DNA of 63,731 nt, filler included, from Chiloscyllium plagiosum (taxonomy: Eukaryota): NCBI RefSeq assembly GCF_004010195.1. It is 4 parts of one record of this genome, joined end to end, with 100 filler letters (N's around TTAATTAATTAA, not from the genome) between each part and the next. Parts side by side here need not be neighbours in the genome. Positions count along the whole stretch, not along the records: positions 15,673 to 43,727 come from NC_057711.1; 3 more parts are not named here. The stretch is one strand, 5' to 3'. Position numbers and translations under genes: made by a program. This document shows, in pieces, positions 25,603 to 36,839 of the stretch (its first letter is position 1; the number at the start of each line of letters is the position of its first letter). The notes below the pieces were generated by a model, which was not told the DNA's origin, did no database searches, and was given only the letters and a program-made list of their open reading frames with translations.

Positions 25603-28600
25603 GAATTGAATTGAATTGAATTTATTGTCATGTGTACTGAGGCACAGTGAAAAGCTTTGTCTTGCAAGCAAGACAGGCAGATCGCATAGTTAAAAAGCAT
25701 AGAAAAGTAAATAAGAGGTAAACAGCAGCAAAAACATAGATACAGGCGAATGTTAAGAGTTTGAGAGTCCATTCAGTATACTAACAACGGTAGGGTAGAA
25801 ACAGTTTCAAAACCAGCTGGTGCGTGTTCAGGCTTCTGTACCTTCCCCCTGATGTTAGAAGTTATAGAAAAGCATTGCCAGGGTGGGATGGATCTTTGAT
25901 AATGCTGGCAGCCTTTCCTTGACAGCGAGCCTGGTGGATGGATTCTATAGATGGGAGGTCGGCCTTTGTGATTGTCAGGGCCGAGTTCACCACTCTGTAA
26001 CCGTCTCCACTCTTGAATGCTGCAGTTGCCATACTAGGTAGTGATACATCCAGACAGAATGCTCTGAATGGTGCACCTATAAAAGTTGGCAAGGGTATTC
26101 GCTGTCATGCCAAATTTCCTCAGTTGCCTGAGGAAGAAGAGACGTTGTTGGGCCTTTGTAACCAGTGCGCCCACATAAAGATTCCAAGAAAGCTTGTTGT
26201 GAATGACCACTCTCAGGAGCTTGACAGTGTCCACTCATTCCATCTCTGTGCTATTAATGTGTAGGGGGGCATGAGTAACATCCCGCCGAAAGTCAATAAT
26301 GCATGCCTTGGTTTTGCCGGCATTTAGAGCTAGGTTGTTCTCAGTGCACCATTTTTCCAGGTCATAGAGTCATAGAGATGTATAGCATGGAAACAGACCC
26401 TTCGGTCCAACCCATCCATGCCGACCAGATATCCCAACCCAGTCTAGTTCCAACTGCCAGCACCCGGCCCATATCCCTCCAAACCCTTCCTATTCATATA
26501 CCCATCCAAATGTCTCTTAAACGTTGCAATTGTACCAGCCTCCACCACATCCTCTGGCAGCTCATTCCATACACGTACCACCCTCTGTGTGTAAAAGTTG
26601 CCCTTTAGGTCTCTTTTATATTTTTCCCCTCTCACCCTAAACCTATGCCCTCTAGGTCTGGACTCCTTGACCCCAGGGAAAAGACTTTGCCTATTTATCC
26701 TATCCATGCCCCTCATTATTTTGTAAACCTCTATAAGGTCACACCTCAGCCTCCGACACTCCAGGAAAAACAGCCCCAGCCTGTTCAGCCTCTCCCTGTA
26801 GCTCAAATCCTCCAACCCTNNNNNNNNNNNNNNNNNNNNNNNNNNNNNNNNNNNNNNNNNNNNNNNNNNNNNNNNNNNNNNNNNNNNNNNNNNNNNNNNN
26901 NNNNNNNNNNNNNNNNNNNNNNNNNNNNNNNNNNNNNNNNNNNNNNNNNNNNNNNNNNNNNNNNNNNNNNNNNNNNNNNNNNNNNNNNNNNNNNNNNNNN
27001 NNNNNNNNNNNNNNNNNNNNNNNNNNNNNNNNNNNNNNNNNNNNNNNNNNNNNNNNNNNNNNNNNNNNNNNNNNNNNNNNNNNNNNNNNNNNNNNNNNNN
27101 NNNNNNNNNNNNNNNNNNNNNNNNNNNNNNNNNNNNNNNNNNNNNNNNNNNNNNNNNNNNNNNNNNNNNNNNNNNNNNNNNNNNNNNNNNNNNNNNNNNN
27201 NNNNNNNNNNNNNNNNNNNNNNNNNNNNNNNNNNNNNNNNNNNNNNNNNNNNNNNNNNNNNNNNNNNNNNNNNNNNNNNNNNNNNNNNNNNNNNNNNNNN
27301 NNNNNNNNNNNNNNNNNNNNNNNNNNNNNNNNNNNNNNNNNNNNNNNNNNNNNNNNNNNNNNNNNNNNNNNNNNNNNNNNNNNNNNNNNNNNNNNNNNNN
27401 NNNNNNNNNNNNNNNNNNNNNNNNNNNNNNNNNNNNNNNNNNNNNNNNNNNNNNNNNNNNNNNNNNNNNNNNNNNNNNNNNNNNNNNNNNNNNNNNNNNN
27501 NNNNNNNNNNNNNNNNNNNNNNNNCCTGGCTTGTCTTTACCGCCCTTCTTAAACAGTGGCACCATGTTTTCCAACCTCCAGTCTTCCGACATCTCACCTG
27601 TGACTATTGGTGATACAAATATCTCAGCAAGAGGCCCAGCAATCACTTCTCTAGCTTCCCACAGAATTCTCAGGTACACCTGATCAGGTCCTGGGGATTT
27701 ATCCACTTTTAACCGTTTCAAGACATCCATCACTTCCTCCTCTGTAATCTGGACATTTTGCAAGATGTCACCATCCATTTCCCTACAGTTTATATCTTCC
27801 ATATCCTTTTCCACAGTAAATACTGATGCAAAATATTCATTTAGTATCTCCCCCATTTTCACTGGCTCCACCTTGCTGATTTTTGAGGGGCCCTATTCTC
27901 TCCCTAGTTACCCTTTTGTCCTTACACCTCCCAACTCCACCTCCCATCTGTAGTCTGTTTCGTCGCTATCTGAGATTCAACTAACTATGGTGGTGTCATC
28001 AGCGAACTTGTAAATGGCATTAGTCTGGTATTTGGCGACGCAGTCATGGGTATACACTGAGTACAGTAGAGGCTGAGTACGTACCTCTGGGGGGCTCCAG
28101 TATTGAGTGTTGGTGAGGGTGAAATATTGTCCCCAATCTTAACTGTTTCTGGCCTGTGGGTAAGGAAACTGAGGATACAGTTGCAGAGAGTGGGGCTTGA
28201 TCAGAGATCACTAAGTTTAGTAATCAGTCTCGAGGGGATAATAGTGCTGAAGGCTGAACTGTAGCCAATGAGTAGGATTCTTACGTAGATATTCTTGGTG
28301 TCAAGATGTTCTAAGGTGTAGTGAAGGGCAAATGATATGGCATCTGACGTGGATCTGTTGGTCCGATAGGCAAATTGGAGTGATTCAAGAGTAGTGGGGA
28401 GGCAGGAGTTGATTAATGCCATGACCAGCCTTTCAAAGCACCTCATGACCACCGAAGTTAGGGTCACTGGGCAGTAGTCATTGAGACATGCTGCACGAGC
28501 CTTCCTAGGCACAGGGATGATGTTTGGCCTTCTTGAAACAGGCAGGGACAGTGGCCTGCTGCAGGGAGAGGTTGAAGGTGTCCAAGAAGATGTCTGCCAG

Positions 28601-29568
28601 TTGATCTGCACCTTCTCTGGGTGGACGGCCTGGTCCCGGTACTCTGTCTGGACTCATCGCTTTCCTTGGATTCACACAAAGGAAAACTTATCTGACCTCT
28701 GATGCAGTGACTGTTGGGATAGGTTCATCAGGACTTGTCGGACTAGGTGTTACCTCTCCACGAAACTCTGCTCAAAGTGAGGATAGAAGGCATTGAGACG
28801 ATCTGGGAGGGATGTATCATCGTCTGCTATCTTGCACTGCCTCTTTTTAGAACCTGTGATGTCATTCAATCCTTGCCATTGTCGCCGGGTGTCTGTCTGG
28901 GTCTCTAGTTTGGATCGGTATTGGTCCTTGGCTGTCTCAATGGTTCTGCAAAGGTCAAACTTGGATTCCTTATATTTGTGTTGGTCTCCTGATCTGAAGG
29001 CCTCATGCCTGGTTTTTAGCAGATTCTCTATGTCCTGATTCATCCAGAGTTTCCTGTCGGGGAACACCCAGATTGACTTCCTCGGTATGCAGTCCTCCAC
29101 ACATTTGCTGATAAAGTCTGTGACAGTGGTGGCGTACTTGTACAAGGTACCTGCGGACTGTTTGAACATGTCCCAATCAACCAATTCTAGACAGCACCGG
29201 AGTTGATCCTCTGCCACTTCCGACCAACACTGGACCTGTATCCGCAAGGGCATCTGGTTGAGCTTTTGCCTGTAAGCTGGGAGAAGAGCATTGTGATCAG
29301 AGTTCCCGAAATGTGGGCAGGGGATGGAGCGATTGGCATCTTTCACAGTGGTGTAGCAGTGGTCTAAATTGTTCGGGCCCCTGTTGGATTACGTAATGTT
29401 CTGGTAATACTTGGCAACACCTTTAGATTGGCTTGATTGAAGTCACCAGTTACAATAAACAGTGTCTCGGGGTGTTCCGTCTTCAGGGTGTTCGTGGTGG
29501 AGTACAGCACATCCAGAGCTTCCTCAACCTTTGCTTGTGGCGGTATGTACACGCAGTTAGTATACCAC
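25603..29568 (-). mobile_element. REX1/Babar-type LINE, interrupted by a CR1
   Basis: (GAATT)n tail at ~25603-25622. Minus-strand motifs [73 protein letters not shown]. Confidence 0.88.
26361..27922 (-). mobile_element. Young CR1 inserted into the REX1 element (internal N gap)
   Basis: EILNEYFASVFT..DKSPGPD..VPLFKKG plus C-terminus; GACTCTAT-type tail at ~26361-26378. Confidence 0.9.
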
Positions 29569-30115
29569 AGGGGAGAGGGTAATGATTAAACAATAGGTGG
29601 AGATAGAAAAACAGTTGGACAGACAAAGGAGTGGATAATGGTCCAGCTGGGAGGGTCCACAGCTATTCAGTGAGACCGTCCCTTAGCTAAACAAATGTAA
29701 TAAGACACTAACTTAAAAGGGTGACCTGAGTTTGGCATTTCTGAAACACATTTCATAATCATTAATGAAAAGAAATGCTTCAAAGCGGCCGCATTTGCAT
29801 ACTGAACTCTAAGTATACAAGGACATGGTCTGTGTTGTTCAATGGTTTTTGGGCGAGAGGCAGAGAGGCTGCCAGAGTAATTTGCTCTGTCTAGTTATTC
29901 TTCAGACACTGATTGTTGGAAGTTCTGAGGAAAGAACCCCAGTCTGTTAGAAATAAGTAGAAATCTCTAGAGGTCTCCATTGGCCGATGACTTTCGAATT
30001 CAAGTCATTCCAACATCAAAGGATTTCATGAAGGCCTGGTATTCATGGTTGAAATGGTTACTCAACTGGTAAATTATGATTCTATTATTTTCTTTTTTTA
30101 ATTTATCCTTTAACT

Positions 30116-31148
30116 ACTCTGTTTGTCTGTGAGAGTAGGGGTTTATATTCGAAGAAGATTGGGCTTAGATATTAATTGGATTGTTGTTCATCTGTGTCAA
30201 GCTAAAGTTACATTATTAATAATAAAATGTCAATTTTTGTTTAAATTATATACTTTGTGTCCTAGAGCTACTATTTGTAAAGTCTGGTTAGGAACAATTG
30301 AGCAATTTTCAGAATCATTGAATGTTTTAATTTCACTGTATTATGAATCCAGTGATAGTTTGGCTGATTTGATTTGGCATGCTGTCTTGGTGTTGTAACA
30401 TTACATTTGATTAAGGTTGCATAGTCCAAAGCTCCTTACCAAGGTATGAAATTAAATTCATTGTAAAGCCTCCACGGACCACTGTATCAGACCTCCATGA
30501 CTCCATCGCTCTTCGTTTGAAATAGTTTTGTCTTTCTCAAATTTACAAACATTTAACAACCTCTCAAGTATATTACATGGACGTTGCTACAGCTGGAGTC
30601 TTTGTGGTATTGTTTCAAATGACAAGATAACATTGAAAGCAGGAGTATTTTCAATATTGTCAGCAATATTGGTGAGAAGAGAAACTACTGGCAACACTTT
30701 TCCAGAGGGAGTAGTGGCAAGTGTAGATCTCTGAATGGGTGGAAGAGATTGATGCAACTCTGCATCCAGAAGCTTCATTTTCATTTTCTACAGCAAATCA
30801 CCAGCCTCTATGCTAGGATTTGTTGTTAGAGGGCAATCAAATCAAATTGCCCTCCAAAGGCAACCCAGTCCTAATGCAACTGGCACCATACTGATCTGAT
30901 ACTCTACCCTCCCAGCACCATAGCCTCACACTTCTGTAGTTGCCGATGAACATCAGTTTTCAAAGTGGTTGTCTGTGATTTTGGGTTTTTAATAGTAGCT
31001 CAAGGACACAAAGTATATAATTTAAACAAAAATTGACATTTTATTATTAATAATGTAACTTTAGCTTGTCACAGATGAACAACAATCCAATTAAAATCTA
31101 AGCCCAATCTTCTTCGAATTTAAACCCCTACTCTCACAGACACAGAGT
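30116..31148. repeat. Near-perfect ~160-bp inverted repeat (arms 30116-30275 and 30991-31148)
   Basis: Manual alignment gives 4 substitutions and one 2-bp indel; spacer about 715 bp. Confidence 0.93.
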
Positions 31149-31419
31149 GCAACAGTTGACTGCTGTGAAAAAAGATGGGATTTTCCTTCCCCTAACAGTA
31201 CTGCAACATGAGAATTGTCAGAATGGAAGTATGTCTCTGCATTCTGAAAGGTGCCCTGATTAGAATCTCTGGCAGAAGTATGGGGAACTCTCATTTGAGC
31301 AAAGTGGCATTCTGTGTGAGATTTCCATTCCTTAGAAAATGCAGCTCAATTAATTAATTGTTCCTGCCAGCTTCAGCAGTTATTCACTCCTAAATCTAAT
31401 ATGTATCATTTTTGGAACT

Positions 31420-34025
31420 TAAGATATAGGAGCATAAGTTAGGCCATTCAGCCCATCGAGATTGCTCCAACATTCAATTATGGCTGATGAGTTTCTTAAC
31501 CCCATTCTCCCGCTTTCTCCCCATAACCCTTGATCCCCTTGACAATCAAGAACCTGTCTATCTAAGTCTTAAATACACTCAATGACCTGGCCTCTGCAGC
31601 CTTCTGTGGCAATGAATTCCATAGATTCTGGCTGAAGACTTTTCTCCTTATCTCTGTTCTAAAAAGACTTCCCTTTACTCGAAGGTTTTCCCCTGGTCTT
31701 CATCTCTCCTGCCAATGGAAACATTTTCCCAGCGTCCACTCTGTCCAGACCATTCAATATTCTGTATGTTTCAATTAGATTCCCCCCACCTTTATCCTTC
31801 TAAACTCCAACGAGTATGGACCCATAATTCTCAAATGTTCCTGATATGTTAAGCTTCATTCCTGGGACCTTTCTCGTGAACCTCCTCTGAATGTGCTCCC
31901 GGGCCAGTAAATCCTTCCTGAAATATGGGATCCAAAACTGCGTTAAATACTCCAAATGTGGTTTGACCGGAACCTCATAGAGCCTCAGAAGTACTTCCCT
32001 GCTTTTATATTCAAGTTCTCTCAAAATAAATGCCTCATTGCATTTCCAAGGAAATCCATGCTTTTATTCTTTCTATCAAAGTGCATGACCTCACAATTTC
32101 CCACATTGTACTCCATCTGCCACTTGTTTGGCAACTCGCCTAACCTGTCCAAATCCTTCTGCAGTCAAGACTAGAGTGGTGCTGGGAAAGCATAGCAGGT
32201 CAGGCAGCATTCGAGGAGCAGGAAAATCAATGTTTTAGGCAGGAGCCCTTCATCAGGAATGAGGCTGGAAGCCTCAGGAGTGGAGAGATAAATGGGAGCG
32301 GATGGGGTTGGGGAGAAGGTAGTTGAGAATGCAATAGATGGATGGAGGAAGGGATAAAGGTGATAGGTCGGAGAGGAGGATGGAGCGGATAGGTGGGAAG
32401 GAAGATTTTTCTGCAGCCTCCTCATCTCTTTGCAGAGCACCATTTGTCATTTCATGCCATCCTGAGAAAGACACTTTTATCCCCATTCTCTACTTTGTAC
32501 TAGTCAGCCAAGCTTCTATCCATACTAGTACCTTGCCTCTCTCACCATGGGCCCTTACCTTACTCTGTAGCCTCCTGTGCAGCACCTTGTCAAAGGACTT
32601 CTTGAAGTTCAGATAGATAATATCCATTGGCCGTCCTTCGATCTAACATACTTGTTAATTCTAGCAGATTTGTCAGGCATGACCTCCCCTTGATGAAACC
32701 ATGCTGACTTTGCCCTATTTTACCATACACTTCCAAGTATTTAGAAATCTCATCCTTCACAATGGACTCCAATATCTTACCCACGACCAGAGTTAGACTA
32801 ATCGGTCTGTAATTTTCTATCTTTTGTCTTATTTCCTTTTTAAACAATGGTGTGTACATTAGCAACTTTTCAGTCCTCTCTGTTTCTAGCTTTTCCTGAG
32901 AGACCATCACTAAAGCCTCCACTATCTCTTCAGTTATCTCCCTTAGTACTCTGCGGTGAAGTCCATCTGGTCCAGGTGATTTATCCACTTTCAGGCCTTT
33001 CAGTTTTTCTAGCAACTTCTCCTTGGTGGCAGCCACCATACTCAGTTCTGCCCCTTCACTGTCTTGAATTTTTGGGATGTTATTCATGTCTTCCACTGTG
33101 AAGACTGACACGAAGTAATTATTCAGTTCCTCAGCCATTTCCTTGTTCCCCACTACTGTCTCACCAACATCATTTTCCAGTGGTCCAATGTCCACTTTTA
33201 CCTCTCTTTTGCCTTTTATATATCTAAAGAAACTCTTACTCTTTATCCTTTGTATTGCTGGCTAGCTTACCCTCATATTTAATCTTCTCCCTCCTTATTT
33301 CTTTTGTTACCCTCTGTTGGTCTTTCTCTGGTTTTCGATTGCCCTTCACCAATTATATGCTTTCTCTTCTGCTTTTATGCTATCCTTGACTTTGCAAGTC
33401 AGCCATGGTTGCCTCATCCTCCCTATATCATGTTTTTTTTTCCTTGGGATGCATCTCGGTTGTGTCTCCTGAATTACTCCCAGAAACTCCTGCCATTGCT
33501 GTTCCACTGTCTTTCCTGCTAGACTCCTCTCCCAGTCAATTCTACCCAGCTCCTCCCTCATGCCTCTTTGGTCGCATTTATTCAGTTGTAACACCGTTAC
33601 CTCTAAATCTATCTTCTCCCTCTCAAATTGCAGAGTAAATTCAATCATATTATGATCACCACCTCCTAAGGGTTCCTTTACCTTAAGCTCCCTTATCAAG
33701 TTTGCCTCATTGCATAACATGATTCCTGAAGAAGGGCTTATGCCCGAAACGTCGATTCTCCTGCTCCTTTGATGCTGCCTGACCTGCTGCGCTTTTCCAG
33801 CAACACATTTTTCAGCTCTGATCTCCAGCATCTGCAGTCCTCACTTTCTCCTCATTGCATAACAGTAAATCCAATGTTGCCTTATCCTTAGTGGGCTCCA
33901 CCACAAACTGCTTCAAAAAGCCATCTCATAGACACTCCACAAATTCCTTTTGCAATCCACTACCAACCTGATTTTCCCAGTCCACCTGCATATTGAAATC
34001 CCCCATAATCACTGTAACTTTGCCT
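31420..34025 (-). mobile_element. CR1 ORF2 (endonuclease to 3' end), degenerate, with two Penelope-derived inserts
   Basis: EPLGGGDHNMIEF, AEELNNYFVSVFT, DKSPGPDGLH, NYRPISLT, SQHGFIKGRSCLTNLLE. Inserts at ~32165-32408 and 33720-33849. Confidence 0.88.
33721..33758 (+). ncRNA. Minimal type-I hammerhead ribozyme motif, intact core
   Basis: GATTC-CTGAAGA-A-GGGC-TTAT-GCCC-GAAA-CG-TC^GATTC. Lies in a 130-bp insertion with 15-bp TSD CCTCATTGCATAACA (33705-33719 and 33850-33864). Confidence 0.8.
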
Positions 34026-34733
34026 TTCCAGCTCTGGAAATATTTCAGAATTTCATCTCAAAAATGACACAAGATGTTTGAGTGAGGCAAGACATGATGT
34101 AAAATGTGTCATTTCAAAATTAGATGGAGTTATTTTATTTATATTATAAGAACATTTATGTATTTGCAATATTTACAAATTAGTACCATGTCTACAAGAG
34201 GTTTAGCTCATGGAGGCTATAATAAAAATAGTAATATCTACAGGTACATTTTAGATAAAACATATTTAACTTTTAATTGTCTGAGGATGTAGATTTTGAT
34301 GGCTGCATAGACCATTTCAGAGGTCAGAATTATAAGTGAGCCACATTTTTATGTGGTTCTGGAATAACGTCAGCCAAACCATGTATAGATACTAGGTTTC
34401 CTTCCTGAAATAACATTCGTGAACAGATGAATTTGTATGACAAGTGATAATAGTTATAACCACTATTAACACTAACTTTATCTTACAGAATATAATAATT
34501 AAACTTGAATTCCACCAGCTGTAGTGGTGGGATCTGAATTTGTGTCCCAGAAGATTCATCTGGGCCTCTGGATCTTTAGTACAGTCCCTCGAGTTCTCAT
34601 CTTCAGTTGAGTTGAAGCAATTTATTTTGATTGTGTGGGGAAAGATAGTGAGCCCATATTTGCAATAAGCATGTAGTTTTGAGCACCATACCTAAAAAGA
34701 GATAAAGAAATATCAAAGTGTTTAGGGCAATAT

Positions 34734-35289
34734 TGTGATGATGCTGCTCCTTTGACAAGGTTATGTTGTCCTTGGTTTTCTTTTCAGAGGGGTCATAAAG
34801 TAGAGGTTCTGATATGTCTGGAAAAATCTACTTGAGAAAGCTTTAAAGTTCTTTTAAAGACACTTTTACAATGAAAGGGGAGTAGCCAGTTCAGAGTTTT
34901 GGTTTGGTTTAGTTTCAGCTGGGGGTCAAGAGAGAAAGCAGCTGGGAAAAGAAACAGTTCGTGCTGATCCTTCCTCTCTCTGTCTCTATGCAATCCCTTT
35001 CTCTCTCTCTTTTTTTGCCAATGGATAGGTTATGGGATTTTTCAGGAATTTGGAACAGCTCTTTGTTACTTTGCATTTTTGTGATGGTTGGATTTTCAAA
35101 TAGTTATGTTACTCTAAATTTGGTTTCCTTTGTTTGTGTAAACAAATTCTGTTTTGTTTAAAACTGAGGGGTTGGACCGGATACATCACTCTTGGAATAT
35201 CCACTTTACACCTGCTTAAAACAACCCAAAAAGTTAGGGTTTGGGCTACCTTCTTGAAATGCTTTGAGTGGGTCTGACCTGGTCCAACA
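34734..35289 (+). repeat. 5' LTR of the Gypsy element
   Basis: TGTGA...AACA termini; homologous to the solo LTR at 53007-53956. Confidence 0.8.
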
Positions 35290-36839
35290 GATTAGGGACT
35301 CTGAGGGATTTGTTCTATAGTTATGATTTGGGATTAGGATTGTTGGACTCAAAGGCAGTGAGTGGTTGGTGTTAGTGTCTTTTGTTCTGGGTGTTGAATT
35401 CTGTTGGTTTAAACAGTGCTTGGCTCTTTCAGTCATGAAGAGTTTTATGGAGGTGGAAGAAGTGACTTTGGGGGCTTTATAAAAGGTGAACAAGAAAAGC
35501 TGGTAGAATTGGTAGTCAATCTGGAGTTGGAGCTGCGTCCTTCCGTGAGGAAAGGAGAGATAATTACAGCAATACTTCAGCATTTAAATTTACTGGAAAC
35601 ACTATCAGAATCTTTAGAGATGGCTAAAATTCAATTGAAAATGAAGCAGCTTGAGTTAGAGGCAAAATAAAATGAAACTGTTTCCTTATGATTAAAAGCA
35701 GAGGAAACAGAAAAAGAACGATAGGTCCTAGCAGAACAAAAAGAGAGAGAGAAAAGGAGAGAAAAGGCAGGGAAGACAAAGAGGGAGTTTGAACTTCATA
35801 AATTGGCACTCAGCCAGGAAAGTCAGCTTAAAAGAATGGAGATGAAGGCAGAAGGTAAGCTTGGTGAGAAGGAGAGTGAGGATGCAAACCCATGGTAGCT
35901 AATGGCCTAGTGGGGATCTGTTTAAATATATTTCAGCATTGCCCAAATTTGATGAGAAACATGTAGAAGCCTTTTCCATCTCATTTGAAAAGTTGGCTAA
36001 ACAAATGAAGAGGCCTGTGCCAAGTGGGTTTTGTTGATCCAGATAAAACGTGTAGGTAGAGCGAGTGAGATATTTGCATCACTATCAGAGGAAGTATCTG
36101 GGGAGTGTGAGGAAATGAAGAAAGCCATTTTAAGTGCATATGAGCTTGTGCTGGAAGCCTACAGACAGCGTTTCAAGAATCTCAGGAAAGACCCTGGTAA
36201 AACCTACACTGACTTTGAAAGGATCAAACTAAGTAATTTTGATAGGTGGGTAAGGGCATTAAAAATAGAGTAAACCTATGATGTTCTTTGGGAAATTATT
36301 TTGGAGAAGTTCAAAAATTCATTTCCTGAGGTAGTGAGAACTCGTGGAAGAGCAGAGAGTTAAAATGGCAAGATTAGCATCTGAAATGGCTGATGATTTT
36401 GAATTGGTTTATAAATCAAAGTTTGACTTCCAACATCAATTTCAGTCCATGAGGGATAGAAATTGGGGAAAAGAGAAATCCTCACGTGGATAATTTACTG
36501 CAGGGTAAAAAGGAAACCCTTGAAGGAGAAAGAGAAGTTAAAAAGCTCCAGTGTTTTCAATGCAATAAAGTAGGCCATGTGAAATCATAGTGTTGGTGGC
36601 TTAGAAAAAGCAGTGGGATAACAGATGTAAGAAAAAAAAATAAGCCAATGAATTTTGTTGGAGTGGTAACGGAAAGCACAGTGGAGCCTAAAAAGCTGCA
36701 CCAGAATGTACAATCTGGTCAGAGGTTGGTTAGGGAGGAAGTGCCAGATCTTCTTAGGCCGTATACCTGCGCAGGCAAGGTTTACTCGCATAGACCAGGA
36801 GCAGCAGATAAAGAGGTTACAATATTAAGACATACAGGA

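Noticed and set aside
26444..27871. Long ORFs of 264-475 aa
   Set aside because: Their length comes from reading through N runs; the flanks are CR1 ORF2.
29696..30400. Possible solo LTR (TGTAA...TAACA with internal AATAAA)
   Set aside because: No matching TSD and no second full copy in the window, so I did not call it.
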